64,000 bases of DNA from an uncultured Nitrospiraceae bacterium (lineage in GTDB: Bacteria; Nitrospirota; Thermodesulfovibrionia; Thermodesulfovibrionales; Dissulfurispiraceae). Location of the stretch: assembly GCA_963727805.1 (NCBI GenBank), contig CAVSHF010000003.1, positions 512,001 to 576,000 of the forward strand, written 5' to 3'. Positions 1-10,204 of the stretch are shown here, piece after piece. Below the pieces are notes generated by a model. That model was not told the DNA's origin and did not search any database. It worked only from the letters and a program-made list of their open reading frames with translations. Each line of letters opens with the position of its first letter. Position 1 is the stretch's first letter. The position numbers and the translations under genes were made by a program.

Positions 1-414
1 GTTATCGCGTATGTCGACGATCAAGCGATTACCTATTCTGAGTTCAGAGAAAAATTCGAGAGCATGAGGCAGGTTGTTCCAGATATATCCGAAGAAGAAG
101 CTGTTAATTCCATGATCAATACCCTTCTTCTCCTCGATCAGGCGCGGAAGATGAGATTCGAGGCTGCGTCTGATGATGATCTTGTAAAAGAATATGTCGA
201 TATAAAGATTAAATCGAGGGTCTTCATTAAGGAGGATACGTTAAAGGAATACTACAATACTCACAAAGGGGAATTCGGGGAAAAGGATTTCCTGGCTGTC
301 CATGACACGATAGAAAAATATCTATTGGAGGTTGAGACGAACAAACAGCTCAAAGAACACCTAGAAGAATTGAGAAGCAAGTCGAATATAGTGATCCAGC
401 TTAGAGATAAGTGA
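1..414 (+). CDS. SurA/PrsA-like chaperone N-terminal domain protein (5' truncated by window)
   Basis: Frame open from base 1 (VIAYVDDQAITYSEF...); SurA_N-like start and typical C-terminus 'LEELRSKSNIVI'. Confidence 0.7.
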   Translation, partial: VIAYVDDQAITYSEFREKFESMRQVVPDISEEEAVNSMINTLLLLDQARKMRFEAASDDDLVKEYVDIKIKSRVFIKEDTLKEYYNTHKGEFGEKDFLAVHDTIEKYLLEVETNKQLKEHLEELRSKSNIVIQLRDK

Positions 415-856
415 TGACTGCGTGCTCATCGCATTCGGGGAACTTGTGACATTTGAGGCAGTCCCCCCAAATTTTCTGTGGGAGCTTGGCTTTGTCGATG
501 TCTATAAACCCATTCTTCTTGAAAAACTCGGGTTGATATGTAAGGGCAAAGACTCGCTTGATGCCGAGGTCCTTAGCTTCCTTCAAACATCTCTTTACAA
601 GTAACCTGCCTATGCCTGCCCCCTGGGATTCCTTAAGGACCGCTAAAGATCTTATTTCCGCAAGGTCCTCCCATAAAATACGAAGAGCGCAGACCCCCAC
701 AATATCCCCCGCATCCTCATAGACGACAAAATCCCTGAGGCTTTCATAGATCTCGTTAAGGGCCCTGGGGAGCATCTCCTCTTTCCGGGCGAAATCGTTA
801 ACCAGTCGCTGAATTTTTTTTGAATCAGGAATGACCGCTTTGCGAATCTTTGGCAA
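401..856 (-). CDS. Short GNAT N-acetyltransferase, N-acetylglutamate synthase (ArgA)-like
   Basis: LAEIRSLAV, QGAGIGRLLV, LPQKIWGDCLKC motifs; TTG start at 856 with AAGGA upstream preferred over 895. Confidence 0.8.
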   Translation of the reverse strand: MPKIRKAVIPDSKKIQRLVNDFARKEEMLPRALNEIYESLRDFVVYEDAGDIVGVCALRILWEDLAEIRSLAVLKESQGAGIGRLLVKRCLKEAKDLGIKRVFALTYQPEFFKKNGFIDIDKAKLPQKIWGDCLKCHKFPECDEHAVITYL

Positions 857-1382
857 GCTCGTATCCTTTAATGAGAATTTTCTTATTGATTTCAAGAAAA
901 TTCTTTCTGCGTGAAGGAGTAATCTCGGTAAGAGCGGATAGAAGCGATTCTTTGTTCACCAGGTTCGACAGAGCGGCAAATGAACCGATGAGGGCCATAT
1001 TTGCGGACCCCTTGTTTTTTAAAGCAGCGGCTATTTCGCTTGCCGGTACGGGGATTGAGATAATATCATTCATCGGTCGTGGAGGGCGCATCATCGAAGA
1101 ATCATAAATCCTAGTACCGCCCTTGACAAGTCTCTCTGAGAATTTATTGCAGGATGCGTCATTCATGACAATCAGGAGATCCGCATTCTTCACGACGGGT
1201 GAACCGATCATCTCGTCGGACACGATGACGGTACAGCTCGCCGTACCACCCCGCATCTCGGCGCCATATGACGGAAACCATGTGACTTCCTTGTTGTCAT
1301 ACATCGCTGCGCACGTAATCAGTTTTCCCAGAAAAAGGATTCCCTGACCCCCAGAGCCCGCGATTATGATCCGTTTTTCCAT
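825..1382 (-). CDS. 2-oxoacid:ferredoxin oxidoreductase gamma subunit
   Basis: AGSGGQG and PSYGAEMRGG motifs. Confidence 0.92.
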   Translation of the reverse strand: MEKRIIIAGSGGQGILFLGKLITCAAMYDNKEVTWFPSYGAEMRGGTASCTVIVSDEMIGSPVVKNADLLIVMNDASCNKFSERLVKGGTRIYDSSMMRPPRPMNDIISIPVPASEIAAALKNKGSANMALIGSFAALSNLVNKESLLSALTEITPSRRKNFLEINKKILIKGYELAKDSQSGHS

Positions 1383-2113
1383 GTGTCCTTAAAAATACCC
1401 GGTTTATATACTTTCATCATACTATTTCTAATCCATTCGAGAGACTCTAGTGGTGCAAGCCCCCAATCCGTCGGGCAAGGTGAAAGAATCTCGACGAGGC
1501 CAAATCCTTTACGTTCTATTTGGTATCTGAAGGCCTTTTTGATCATCTTTCTTGTCTGTATTATGTTTTGATAAGAGTCTACCGAGCATCTCGCGATAAA
1601 CGAAACGCCTTCTATCGTCGCCAGCATTTCTGCCACATGAAGGGGGTAGCCCGTAAGACTCACGTCACGTCCCTTTGGCGTTGTTGTAGTCTTTTGAAGG
1701 GGGAGTGTCGTTGGAGCCATTTGACCGCCAGTCATGCCATAAGTAGCGTTGTTAATAAAGAAAACAGTAATGTTGTCACCCCTGTTCGCAGCGTGGACGA
1801 TCTCACCGGTACCTATTGCCGCAAGATCTCCATCTCCTTGATATGAAAAGACAATTGTGTCGGGTAGGGTGCGTTTCATGCCTGACGCAGCCGCGGGTGG
1901 TCTTCCGTGCGCTACTTCGATCATGTCAAAATCAAAATAATCATAGGCGAAAACTGCACAGCCGACCGGAGCAATTCCTATAATCTTTTCACGAAGCTCC
2001 AGATCGTCGATGACTTCGGCGATCAATCGATGAACTATGCTATGTCCACATCCAGGGCAGTAGCGGAAGGTGACATTTTTTAAACTCTTCGGTTTTTCGT
2101 ATATTTTTCGCAT
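1364..2113 (-). CDS. 2-oxoacid:ferredoxin oxidoreductase beta (TPP-binding) subunit
   Basis: YCPGCGH, GDGD, NNATYGMTGGQ, SPCPT motifs. Confidence 0.93.
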   Translation of the reverse strand: MRKIYEKPKSLKNVTFRYCPGCGHSIVHRLIAEVIDDLELREKIIGIAPVGCAVFAYDYFDFDMIEVAHGRPPAAASGMKRTLPDTIVFSYQGDGDLAAIGTGEIVHAANRGDNITVFFINNATYGMTGGQMAPTTLPLQKTTTTPKGRDVSLTGYPLHVAEMLATIEGVSFIARCSVDSYQNIIQTRKMIKKAFRYQIERKGFGLVEILSPCPTDWGLAPLESLEWIRNSMMKVYKPGIFKDTWKNGS

Positions 2114-2158
2114 AAAGTTAATTATACCATATAGCGGTCTAGTGAAGGATTTGCAGCA

Positions 2159-3136
2159 TCACTGGAAATCGCCCGCCTCAAAAAGAACCCCTTCCATAAG
2201 ACCGTAGTCACTTACTATCAGTTCCTGAGCATGGAGTAATTCCATTATCGTCATTATGATCATTGTTCCAGATATTATAATATCCGCTCTTTCGTATTCC
2301 AGTCCAGGAATGCAGCAGCGTTCTTGCATTGGGAGGGCGATAAGCTTTTCAAACATCGATTCAATTGCATCATAGGAGAGAGCCTGTCCATGCACTTTGT
2401 CTCCATCATACGATGTCAGGCTAAGATACATAGAGGCGAGGGTGGCAGGAGTGCCTCCTGTAGCAATGAGGCAGCAAGACTGAGAAAAATATCGGTCCTG
2501 AATGGAAGATAATACTGGATTGAATTCAGCTCTCAAATATTTTTTAATATCGTTTAAATCTGAATGAGATGGAGGGTCATACTTAATAAATAGCTCGAAC
2601 AAATTAACTCCCCCGACTGGAATGCTTGCTTTTGTGCATTGGTCATTGGAACCGATCAATTCTGTACTACCACCACCTACGTCAATTATGATTGAACACG
2701 GGGAACTGAACAGAGTTTTCTGTCCCTGTATGCCTTTAAGAGTCAGTTCAGCCTCTTTATCACCAGAGATAACCGTCACCTCAATTCCTGTTTTTTCTTT
2801 AATTGTTCGTAAGAAAGCACTGCTATCTTGTGCATCTCTAAGCGCACTTGTGCCGATGGCTATAATTTGCCCGACATTGAATTCATCACATTTAACTTTG
2901 AACTTGCTAATGGTTCTAATTGATAATTCTATACTATCATGATTAAGAACGTGCGTCTTACGAAGATCTTTTCCGAGACGTGTGACTTCACGATCAGATG
3001 ACATTCTTACAAGCCTACCTGACCTAACGCAGCCAATCAGCAGCCTTAGGGTATTAGTTCCTATATCAATAACTGCTAGGGGCTTGGAACATAGGCTATG
3101 TCCTATAGTAAATGGCAAGGATTTCCTTGATCGCAT
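2159..3136 (-). CDS. ppx: Ppx/GppA exopolyphosphatase / pppGpp phosphatase (start uncertain, see findings)
   Basis: IDIGTNT, TSALRDA, DVGGGSTE, RADII motifs. Confidence 0.88.
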   Translation of the reverse strand: MRSRKSLPFTIGHSLCSKPLAVIDIGTNTLRLLIGCVRSGRLVRMSSDREVTRLGKDLRKTHVLNHDSIELSIRTISKFKVKCDEFNVGQIIAIGTSALRDAQDSSAFLRTIKEKTGIEVTVISGDKEAELTLKGIQGQKTLFSSPCSIIIDVGGGSTELIGSNDQCTKASIPVGGVNLFELFIKYDPPSHSDLNDIKKYLRAEFNPVLSSIQDRYFSQSCCLIATGGTPATLASMYLSLTSYDGDKVHGQALSYDAIESMFEKLIALPMQERCCIPGLEYERADIIISGTMIIMTIMELLHAQELIVSDYGLMEGVLFEAGDFQ

Positions 3137-4808
3137 TATCGAGCGAAACCTTTTTCGCTTCGCCCGTGCGTCGTATTTTTATCTCAATTTGGTTATCTTT
3201 CAATGCTTTTTCGCCGATTATTACCTGTATAGGGATTCCAATGAGGTCCGCATCTTTAAACTTTACCCCCGGGCGGACATCTCGATCATCAATAAGCACA
3301 TCCATACTTTCTCCGGTTGAACTGTTGTATATTTCACACAGTTCCCTGTACAGACCCTCCGCCACCTCCACCGTTTTTGGGTCGCTCATATTAAGCGGCG
3401 TGACTTGCATATCAAAGGGTGATATGCTCCTCGGCCAGATAATCCCGTTCTTATCATTGTTCTGCTCGATTGCAGCTGCCGCTATTCTGGCTGGGCCGAT
3501 ACCGTAACTTCCCATGATCATTGGATTTTCCTTCCCGTTCTTATCAAGAAAGACTGCACCCAGCGGTGTCGAATATTTCGTCCCCAGTTTGAAAATGTTA
3601 CCGATTTCAATGACTTTCTCACTTCTGAGACTTCCACCACATTTAAAACACAGATCATCAGCTTTGGCTACCTGTATATCTTGCCATTCAACGTCGAAAT
3701 GAACTCCTGGTTTAACACCTTTTATGTGATATTCTGATTTATTAGCCCCCGCGACATAAGATCCCTCCTTTAGGGAGAAGTCTGCCAACGTTCTAACACT
3801 ATGACCCTCCGGCCCTATGAAGCCTGCTTCAACTTTAAGAATTTCCCGGATTTCATCCTTTGTTGCATGTCTAAACTCACCTATGATTCTGTTCAATTTC
3901 TTTTCATGAAGATCATGATCACCCCTAATAAGAGCTAAAATCGGGCCATCGGAACTCATTATCAGAAGACTTTTAATGAAATATGCAGAGGAAATGCCCA
4001 GATAAGCAGTGACCTCCACAATAGTTCTTTTTCCTGGAGTAGCAATTTCTTCACGATCAAATGTCATAATATCAACAGGAGATGCTATGGAACGTGCCAC
4101 TTCGACATTGGCAGTGTAGCCACATTTATCGCATAGAACTATTTCATCCTCGCCTGCCGGGGTGGGGGCCATATACTCATGGGCTGTAGCACCTGCACCA
4201 CCCATCATTCCGGGATCCGACTCGACCTGATAATATTTCAGCCCGCTTCGTTTGAAGATCGAGTGGTAGGCTTTGGCATGGAGCTGATAGCTGATTTCCA
4301 GGCCGTCTTCATCTGCATCGAAACTGTAACTGTCCTTCATCACAAACTCTCGAGTCCTTAAAACTCCGCCTCTTGGCCTAGCCTCATCTCTGAGCTTAGT
4401 CTGAATCTGATACCAGATCTGAGGTAATTCTTTGTAGGATTTTATTTCTTTTGCAGCAACCCAAGCCATAATTTCTTCGTGGGTCATCCCTAGACACATA
4501 TCTCGACCAAATCGGTCTTTCAATCGGAACATCTCGTCACCAATAGAATACCAGCGACCCGTCTGTTGCCAGATGTCAGCAGGATGCAAGACGGGCATCG
4601 ATATCTCCTGAGCTCCGATTTTTTCCATTTCCTCTTTAAGTATGCGATTTACTTTATTTAAAACCCTCCATCCTAAAGGAAGAAATATATAGAGCCCGGC
4701 AGCTAATTGGCGGACATAACCGGCCCGCAACATCAAAAGCTGACATACGGCAGTCACATCAGATGGTGCTTCACGCATGGTAGGGATGAAAAGTTTCGTA
4801 TATCGCAT
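3096..4808 (-). CDS. proS: Proline--tRNA ligase with editing insertion
   Basis: RDEARPRGGVLRTREF, GNIFKLGTKYS, GSYGIG, KFKDADLIG; AGGAGG SD. Confidence 0.98.
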   Translation of the reverse strand: MRYTKLFIPTMREAPSDVTAVCQLLMLRAGYVRQLAAGLYIFLPLGWRVLNKVNRILKEEMEKIGAQEISMPVLHPADIWQQTGRWYSIGDEMFRLKDRFGRDMCLGMTHEEIMAWVAAKEIKSYKELPQIWYQIQTKLRDEARPRGGVLRTREFVMKDSYSFDADEDGLEISYQLHAKAYHSIFKRSGLKYYQVESDPGMMGGAGATAHEYMAPTPAGEDEIVLCDKCGYTANVEVARSIASPVDIMTFDREEIATPGKRTIVEVTAYLGISSAYFIKSLLIMSSDGPILALIRGDHDLHEKKLNRIIGEFRHATKDEIREILKVEAGFIGPEGHSVRTLADFSLKEGSYVAGANKSEYHIKGVKPGVHFDVEWQDIQVAKADDLCFKCGGSLRSEKVIEIGNIFKLGTKYSTPLGAVFLDKNGKENPMIMGSYGIGPARIAAAAIEQNNDKNGIIWPRSISPFDMQVTPLNMSDPKTVEVAEGLYRELCEIYNSSTGESMDVLIDDRDVRPGVKFKDADLIGIPIQVIIGEKALKDNQIEIKIRRTGEAKKVSLDNAIKEILAIYYRT

Positions 4809-4958
4809 ATAATCCTCCTGGATAGGGACGGGGAATCGATTAGTTAACTAGATGAATATATCATTTGATTAACAGAATTTACAAACTAAGCTCTTGAATA
4901 TATTATTGAATGGATATTGCAGCAAAGATCCTTGAAACTCAAGCGATAAAGATTTACG

Positions 4959-4986
4959 ATTTAACATAATATATCTTATCGGACTC
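4959..4986 (-). other. XerCD dif-type recombination site
   Basis: Minus strand GAGTCCGATAA-GATATA-TTATGTTAAAT: 11-6-11 layout, XerD arm identical to E. coli dif; intergenic. Confidence 0.85.
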
Positions 4987-5103
4987 TTTCAATAAACAAT
5001 TAATGTTAAAAACCTGTTACAATAAGTGCTCAAACTAAAGACCGAACATCTACTGATAAGACTTCCTTAGGCGGTGTACAAGTAATGTGCATGGGAAAAA
5101 GCG

Positions 5104-6363
5104 TTATTTGTCTTGAGGTTCGGAACTAGTTATGGGACTTGCTAGGCCATATTCGTTCTCAATCCCCGTAAGCCTAATTCCGACAAGCCTTCCGGGGACC
5201 TGAAAATCATTTCGAGGGAGCAAAACCTTAATATAGTTCGATGTTGTGCCGCTCATCACACTTTCTCCGATTGTCTCGACGATAATTTGATGATCGAGGC
5301 CAATATTTTTAGTAATAAATGCTTGCTTTTTAATCTTACTAGTCTCTCTCAACTGTTTAGCCCGCATTCTTTTAATCGGCCCGGGGACCTGAAACCTCAT
5401 AGATGAAGCTTTTGTTCCGGGCCGAGCAGAATATGGGAATACATGAAGATAGGAAAAATCCATCATATCAATCATATTTATCGTATTTTGAAAAAGGGAA
5501 TCACTTTCTCCAGGAAAACCCAGAATTACATCGGTACCTAGAGCTATATTATTGTAATGTTTCATAATTCTCTCAATGCCTTTCAAAAAATCACCCGCCG
5601 TATAAGTCCTATGCATAAGTTGAAGTATGGTATCGTCACCGCTCTGAAGTGGAATGTGTATATGCTTGCAAATACGATCATCGCCAAATATACCGAGCAG
5701 ATCATCTGTAATTTCATTAATTTCTATGGAACTCAGTCTAATTCTGCCGATTGACGACTTAAGCAATAGAATTTCAAGTAATTTAGTAAGATTACATGCA
5801 GGACTTAAATCCTTTCCGTACATACCAAGATGAATTCCGCTAAGCACTATCTCTTCAAATCCAAATGACTCATATCGTAGGACTTCTTCAAGTACTTCTT
5901 CAGGCCTGATGCTAGAGGATCTTCCTCGTGCACGCGGTATTATGCAATAGCTGCACTCATTATTACATCCATCTTGCACCTTAATTACCGGGCGATGTCG
6001 CTCACTTTGAGACATAGTTAATGTAGCGGCTGATATATTAGGAGTTATCATATTGATAATACTATTTTTATCTCTATTACTTACGACATTTATAGTTTTT
6101 TTCTCATCCTTAAGAAATGCGCTATTCAATTCTGCATAACATCCTGTAACGAAGACTTCAGCATTGGTCTTGAGCGCTCTCGAAATCAATTGCCTAGATT
6201 GATAATCAGCCTTTGCCGTTACACTACAAGTATTGATGATGCAAATGTCGGCATCAACGGCTGAATCTACCGTCTGATGCCCAGCAGCATTCAAAATCTG
6301 TTCAATGTGAGAGGTTTCTGCCTGATTCGTGCGGCATCCAAGTGTAAAAAAAGCTATTCTCAT
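5104..6363 (-). CDS. mtaB: tRNA t6A37 methylthiotransferase
   Basis: TLGCRTNQ, INTCSVT, KVQDGCNNECSYC, LHVFPYSARPGT. Confidence 0.93.
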   Translation of the reverse strand: MRIAFFTLGCRTNQAETSHIEQILNAAGHQTVDSAVDADICIINTCSVTAKADYQSRQLISRALKTNAEVFVTGCYAELNSAFLKDEKKTINVVSNRDKNSIINMITPNISAATLTMSQSERHRPVIKVQDGCNNECSYCIIPRARGRSSSIRPEEVLEEVLRYESFGFEEIVLSGIHLGMYGKDLSPACNLTKLLEILLLKSSIGRIRLSSIEINEITDDLLGIFGDDRICKHIHIPLQSGDDTILQLMHRTYTAGDFLKGIERIMKHYNNIALGTDVILGFPGESDSLFQNTINMIDMMDFSYLHVFPYSARPGTKASSMRFQVPGPIKRMRAKQLRETSKIKKQAFITKNIGLDHQIIVETIGESVMSGTTSNYIKVLLPRNDFQVPGRLVGIRLTGIENEYGLASPITSSEPQDK

Positions 6364-7661
6364 GATTTGTGAAGCATTCCTTCAAGTGAATGTCTCTTAG
6401 CCTTAATTATCTTGACCTTTACAATATCTGAAAGTATTACAGAATCAACGAAAGGAAAGTTGACAATCTTATTTGTACGTGTCCGTCCAGTGAAGACCCG
6501 TCCTCTTCCATTTGTAGCCACCGATTCAATAAGGACTTCCTGTATTGTGCCTGCGATCGCCTTATTCTTCCTATCGGTTATTGCGTTTTGGACATCGATG
6601 ATTTCATAAAGTCGTTGAGATTTTAGATTCTCATCAATGTGACCAGTGAAAGTCGATGCCTTTGTCTCGGGCCGGGGAGAATAATTAAATGCGAAGATTC
6701 CATCAAAGGCAATTTCCTTAAGTGCCCGTATTGTGGAAACGTGATCCTCATCCGACTCTTGCGGAAACCCGGTGATAATATCAGTCGTTATGGAGATATC
6801 GGGCATTATTTTGCGTAAAATATCGATCTTCTCTATATAATCTTCGCAAGTATATTTTCTATTCATGAGTTTGAGTATATGCGAAGAACCCGATTGAAGC
6901 GGAAGATGGATATGTTCGCAGACTTTCTCAATATCGCGCATCGCATAAATGAGATCGATCGAGAAATCTTTTGGATGCGAAGTAATAAATCTGATTCTTT
7001 CTATCCCACTTATCCCATTGATATGCTGAAGAAGTCCTGTAAAATCAAGTTCGCTCCGGTACGAATTTACGTTCTGGCCAAGAAGCGTTATCTCTTTGAA
7101 GCCTTCATGAGAAAGCCCTTGAATTTCATGCAATATCTTTTCACTTGGCCTGCTTCTCTCCCGTCCTCTCGTATAGGGAACGACGCAATAGCTGCAGAAA
7201 TTATCGCAGCCGTACATTATGGTGACCCACGCTTTAATTCGGTCCTTTCTGTCGACGCAGAAGTCAGTATCAGCAAGCAAGGGGTTTTCGGCACAGGCGA
7301 TGCCATGCCCCTGAATTGTACTAATCTTATTAATCAGATGAAGATTTTGCGGGCCGATGACATAATCGACATAAGGAGTCCGATGCAGAATCTTATCCCC
7401 CTCCTGCTGGGCAATACATCCTGCAACCGCTATTTTCAAGTCGGGGTTTCTCTTTTTAAGATTCTTAAACCTTCCGAGTCTGCTGAAGAATTTTTGCTCT
7501 GCCTTTTCGCGGATGCTGCAGGTGTTGAAAACTATCAGGTCGGCATTCCGGGGATCATCAGTTTCTGTATATCCCTCAGCTTTGAGAATGCCAGACATTT
7601 TTTCAGAGTCGTGGACATTCATCTGGCAACCGAAAGTCTCTATATAATATACCTTTTTCAT
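6360..7661 (-). CDS. miaB: tRNA i6A37 methylthiotransferase
   Basis: TFGCQMNVHDSE, NTCSIREKAE, GCDNFCSYC, TRAM tail. Confidence 0.96.
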   Translation of the reverse strand: MKKVYYIETFGCQMNVHDSEKMSGILKAEGYTETDDPRNADLIVFNTCSIREKAEQKFFSRLGRFKNLKKRNPDLKIAVAGCIAQQEGDKILHRTPYVDYVIGPQNLHLINKISTIQGHGIACAENPLLADTDFCVDRKDRIKAWVTIMYGCDNFCSYCVVPYTRGRERSRPSEKILHEIQGLSHEGFKEITLLGQNVNSYRSELDFTGLLQHINGISGIERIRFITSHPKDFSIDLIYAMRDIEKVCEHIHLPLQSGSSHILKLMNRKYTCEDYIEKIDILRKIMPDISITTDIITGFPQESDEDHVSTIRALKEIAFDGIFAFNYSPRPETKASTFTGHIDENLKSQRLYEIIDVQNAITDRKNKAIAGTIQEVLIESVATNGRGRVFTGRTRTNKIVNFPFVDSVILSDIVKVKIIKAKRHSLEGMLHKS

Positions 7662-7663
7662 CG

Positions 7664-9625
7664 CTATGCTCTCTCCTCAGGATGAGATGAGAGTGAACGG
7701 TCGCCAGCTATAGTAGCATCGGAATAATATTTTACATATTTCTTAAGGATATTCTTGATCACACCAGCATCGTTAATCGGGCCTTCAGAGAGTATCGTCT
7801 TTAACTCATCAAGGAGTTTTTCGATCTCATCGAGATTGCGGGTTTCACTGTTTTGGGCTATGAAGACCTTTTCATGCCTGCTCGCCATGGTGCCTTCCTC
7901 AGCGGTAAGCATTTCCTCAAATAATTTCTCGCCGGGCCTGAGACCTGTGAAAGCGATATCGATGTCAACGTAAGGCTCCATACCGTGAAGACGGATCAGT
8001 TCCTCGGCAAGGGTGACGATCTTGACTGGATCTCCCATATCTAGCACGAGGACCTCGCCCCCCTTCCCTATGGTTGATGCCTGAAGGACGAGAGATACAG
8101 CTTCCGGGATAGTCATGAAATAACGGCGCATCTCCCGGTGAGTTACCGTAAGCGGACCACCGTGTTTAAGCTGTTCGAGGAAAATTGGTAAGACGCTCCC
8201 TCGACTGCCAAGCACATTTCCGAAGCGTACAGATACAAATTCTGCTTTACCTGCTGATTGGGTAAAAGCCTGGCATATATATTCAGCGATCCGTTTGGAC
8301 GCACCCATAATGCTCGTCGGCCGTATTGCTTTATCCGTCGAAATGAATATAAACTTCGAAACTCCATAACGGACAGAGGCTTTGGCCAGGGCATAGGTGC
8401 CGAAGATGTTGACCTTTATGGCTTCTTTAGGATTGTATTCCATCATGGGCACATGTTTGTATGCTGCCGCATGGAAGACGATATTGGGCTTGAAAGATTT
8501 AAATATTTCGTCAAGCCGACTTTCATCCCTGATATCGCCGATAATGAAATGACACTTGTCCTCAATATGTGGGAGTGCCCGGTTGATCTTCAGGGACATG
8601 GAATGCAACTCGGTTTCGTCAATGTCAAAAAGAACTACATTCCCCGGTTCAAAAGAGCATACTTGCATCACTATCTCTGAGCCGATTGAGCCCCCTGCTC
8701 CTGTGATAAGCACTGACTTACCACTAATAAAATTACTAATATCAGCATGATCGACTGTAATAGACTGTCGTCCGATAAGGTCTTCTATACGTATTTCCTC
8801 AAGATTCTTGAGATTGATATCGGGACGATGAAAATCGTAGATTCTTGGTACGATTTTTACGGTTTGCAGGCCGCATCCCTTTGCAGAATGATAAATTTCC
8901 CTTAGTGTCTTATGATTAAGAGACGGTATAGCGATAATGACCGCTTCTGCGTGATACTTTGCAATCACCTGTTTTAACAAATTGGTCGTGCCGAGCACCT
9001 TAACTCCGCGTATGTACCCCCCCACCTTTATATTATCGTCATCAAGGATGCCAATCGGGTAAAATTCCGTATGCCCCCTCTGTTCGATGTCTCTCAGGAT
9101 CATTTCCCCTGTCCGGCCTGCGCCGACGATGATCGTCCTTCTCCCCATTTTGCCTTTGGCCCTGCTCAGTACTTTATCTACATAAAGACGCTTGGAAATC
9201 CTCAACCCCGAAAGGAGCATAGTACTTACTAATGCATCGATGAAAAATATACTTCTCGGAAATCCCACAATATATGGCAGAGGCAAAAAAGCGAGATGAG
9301 GACCAAAGGGGATCAGAATCACAACCATTAGCAAAGATTCAGCCGCGGCAGCCGCAACATATATCCTGTTCAATTCAGTGATGCCTACATACCGCCAGGT
9401 CATTTTGTAATAGCCAAATAAGCAAAAAAGCGCCAGCTTTATGACCAAAAAGAATGGAAGTGCCTTGAAAAACATGGCTTTGTAGATGTCGGGAATGGCG
9501 AACTCGAAGCGCATAAGAAAAGCGCAATAGAGAGACAAAACGATGATAACAAGATCGCAGAAGACGAAAAAAGACGTTCGCTTGATTTGGCTCGGTTTCA
9601 GGAGCTTTTTCAGGACATCTATCAT
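7664..9625 (-). CDS. Membrane-anchored UDP-GlcNAc 4,6-dehydratase (CapD/WbpM/PglF family)
   Basis: N-terminal TMs; GAGGSIG, HAAAYKHVP, STDKA, RFGNVLGSRGSV. Confidence 0.95.
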   Translation of the reverse strand: MIDVLKKLLKPSQIKRTSFFVFCDLVIIVLSLYCAFLMRFEFAIPDIYKAMFFKALPFFLVIKLALFCLFGYYKMTWRYVGITELNRIYVAAAAAESLLMVVILIPFGPHLAFLPLPYIVGFPRSIFFIDALVSTMLLSGLRISKRLYVDKVLSRAKGKMGRRTIIVGAGRTGEMILRDIEQRGHTEFYPIGILDDDNIKVGGYIRGVKVLGTTNLLKQVIAKYHAEAVIIAIPSLNHKTLREIYHSAKGCGLQTVKIVPRIYDFHRPDINLKNLEEIRIEDLIGRQSITVDHADISNFISGKSVLITGAGGSIGSEIVMQVCSFEPGNVVLFDIDETELHSMSLKINRALPHIEDKCHFIIGDIRDESRLDEIFKSFKPNIVFHAAAYKHVPMMEYNPKEAIKVNIFGTYALAKASVRYGVSKFIFISTDKAIRPTSIMGASKRIAEYICQAFTQSAGKAEFVSVRFGNVLGSRGSVLPIFLEQLKHGGPLTVTHREMRRYFMTIPEAVSLVLQASTIGKGGEVLVLDMGDPVKIVTLAEELIRLHGMEPYVDIDIAFTGLRPGEKLFEEMLTAEEGTMASRHEKVFIAQNSETRNLDEIEKLLDELKTILSEGPINDAGVIKNILKKYVKYYSDATIAGDRSLSSHPEERA

Positions 9626-9634
9626 AACGATAAT

Positions 9635-10201
9635 TTAGTGACTAACGCCTTCTTTATTAAGGACCTTGAAGCAGGTCTTGAAAATAATGCGTATGTCGAA
9701 AAGAAAGCTCTGATGACGACGATAGAAATCGTCGAAATCCACCTTCACCGGGATCGGAAGCTCATCTCTTCCATTTACCTGCGCCCAGCCCGTCAGACCA
9801 GGGACGAGTTCATGAACTCCTTTTTCTGTGCGCAGCTTGATTAAATCACTCTGATTATACAAAGCAGGTCTTGGTCCGACGAAGCTCATGTCTCCCTTCA
9901 AAATATTTAAAAGCTGAGGGAGTTCGTCGAGGCTGGTCTTTCTCAACAGTTTACCAATCGACGTCATATATTGTTCGGGATTATTCAGGAGGTGTGTGGC
10001 TACAGGGGGAGTATTTATTTTCATGGTGCGGTATTTATACATTTTAAATATCGAGTTTTTCCGGCCTATTCTATCTGATATATATAAAATGGGACCCTTT
10101 GATGATAATTTTATGGCAATCCCGATTATCAGACAAGGGATTATAAGTATAATCAATAGTATAACAGACAGAATAATATCAAATGAACGTTTAGCCGACA
10201 T
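9635..10201 (-). CDS. Initiating undecaprenyl-phosphate sugar-1-P transferase (PglC/WbaP C-terminal type)
   Basis: KRSFDI, SLDELPQL, MSFVGPRP, PGLTGWAQ. Confidence 0.93.
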   Translation of the reverse strand: MSAKRSFDIILSVILLIILIIPCLIIGIAIKLSSKGPILYISDRIGRKNSIFKMYKYRTMKINTPPVATHLLNNPEQYMTSIGKLLRKTSLDELPQLLNILKGDMSFVGPRPALYNQSDLIKLRTEKGVHELVPGLTGWAQVNGRDELPIPVKVDFDDFYRRHQSFLFDIRIIFKTCFKVLNKEGVSH

Positions 10202-10204
10202 ACA

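Noticed and set aside
6879..7685. 268-aa plus-strand ORF and similar long shadow ORFs (29364-30092, 32022-32696, 40393-40956)
   Set aside because: Antisense to well-supported genes, with no recognisable motifs.
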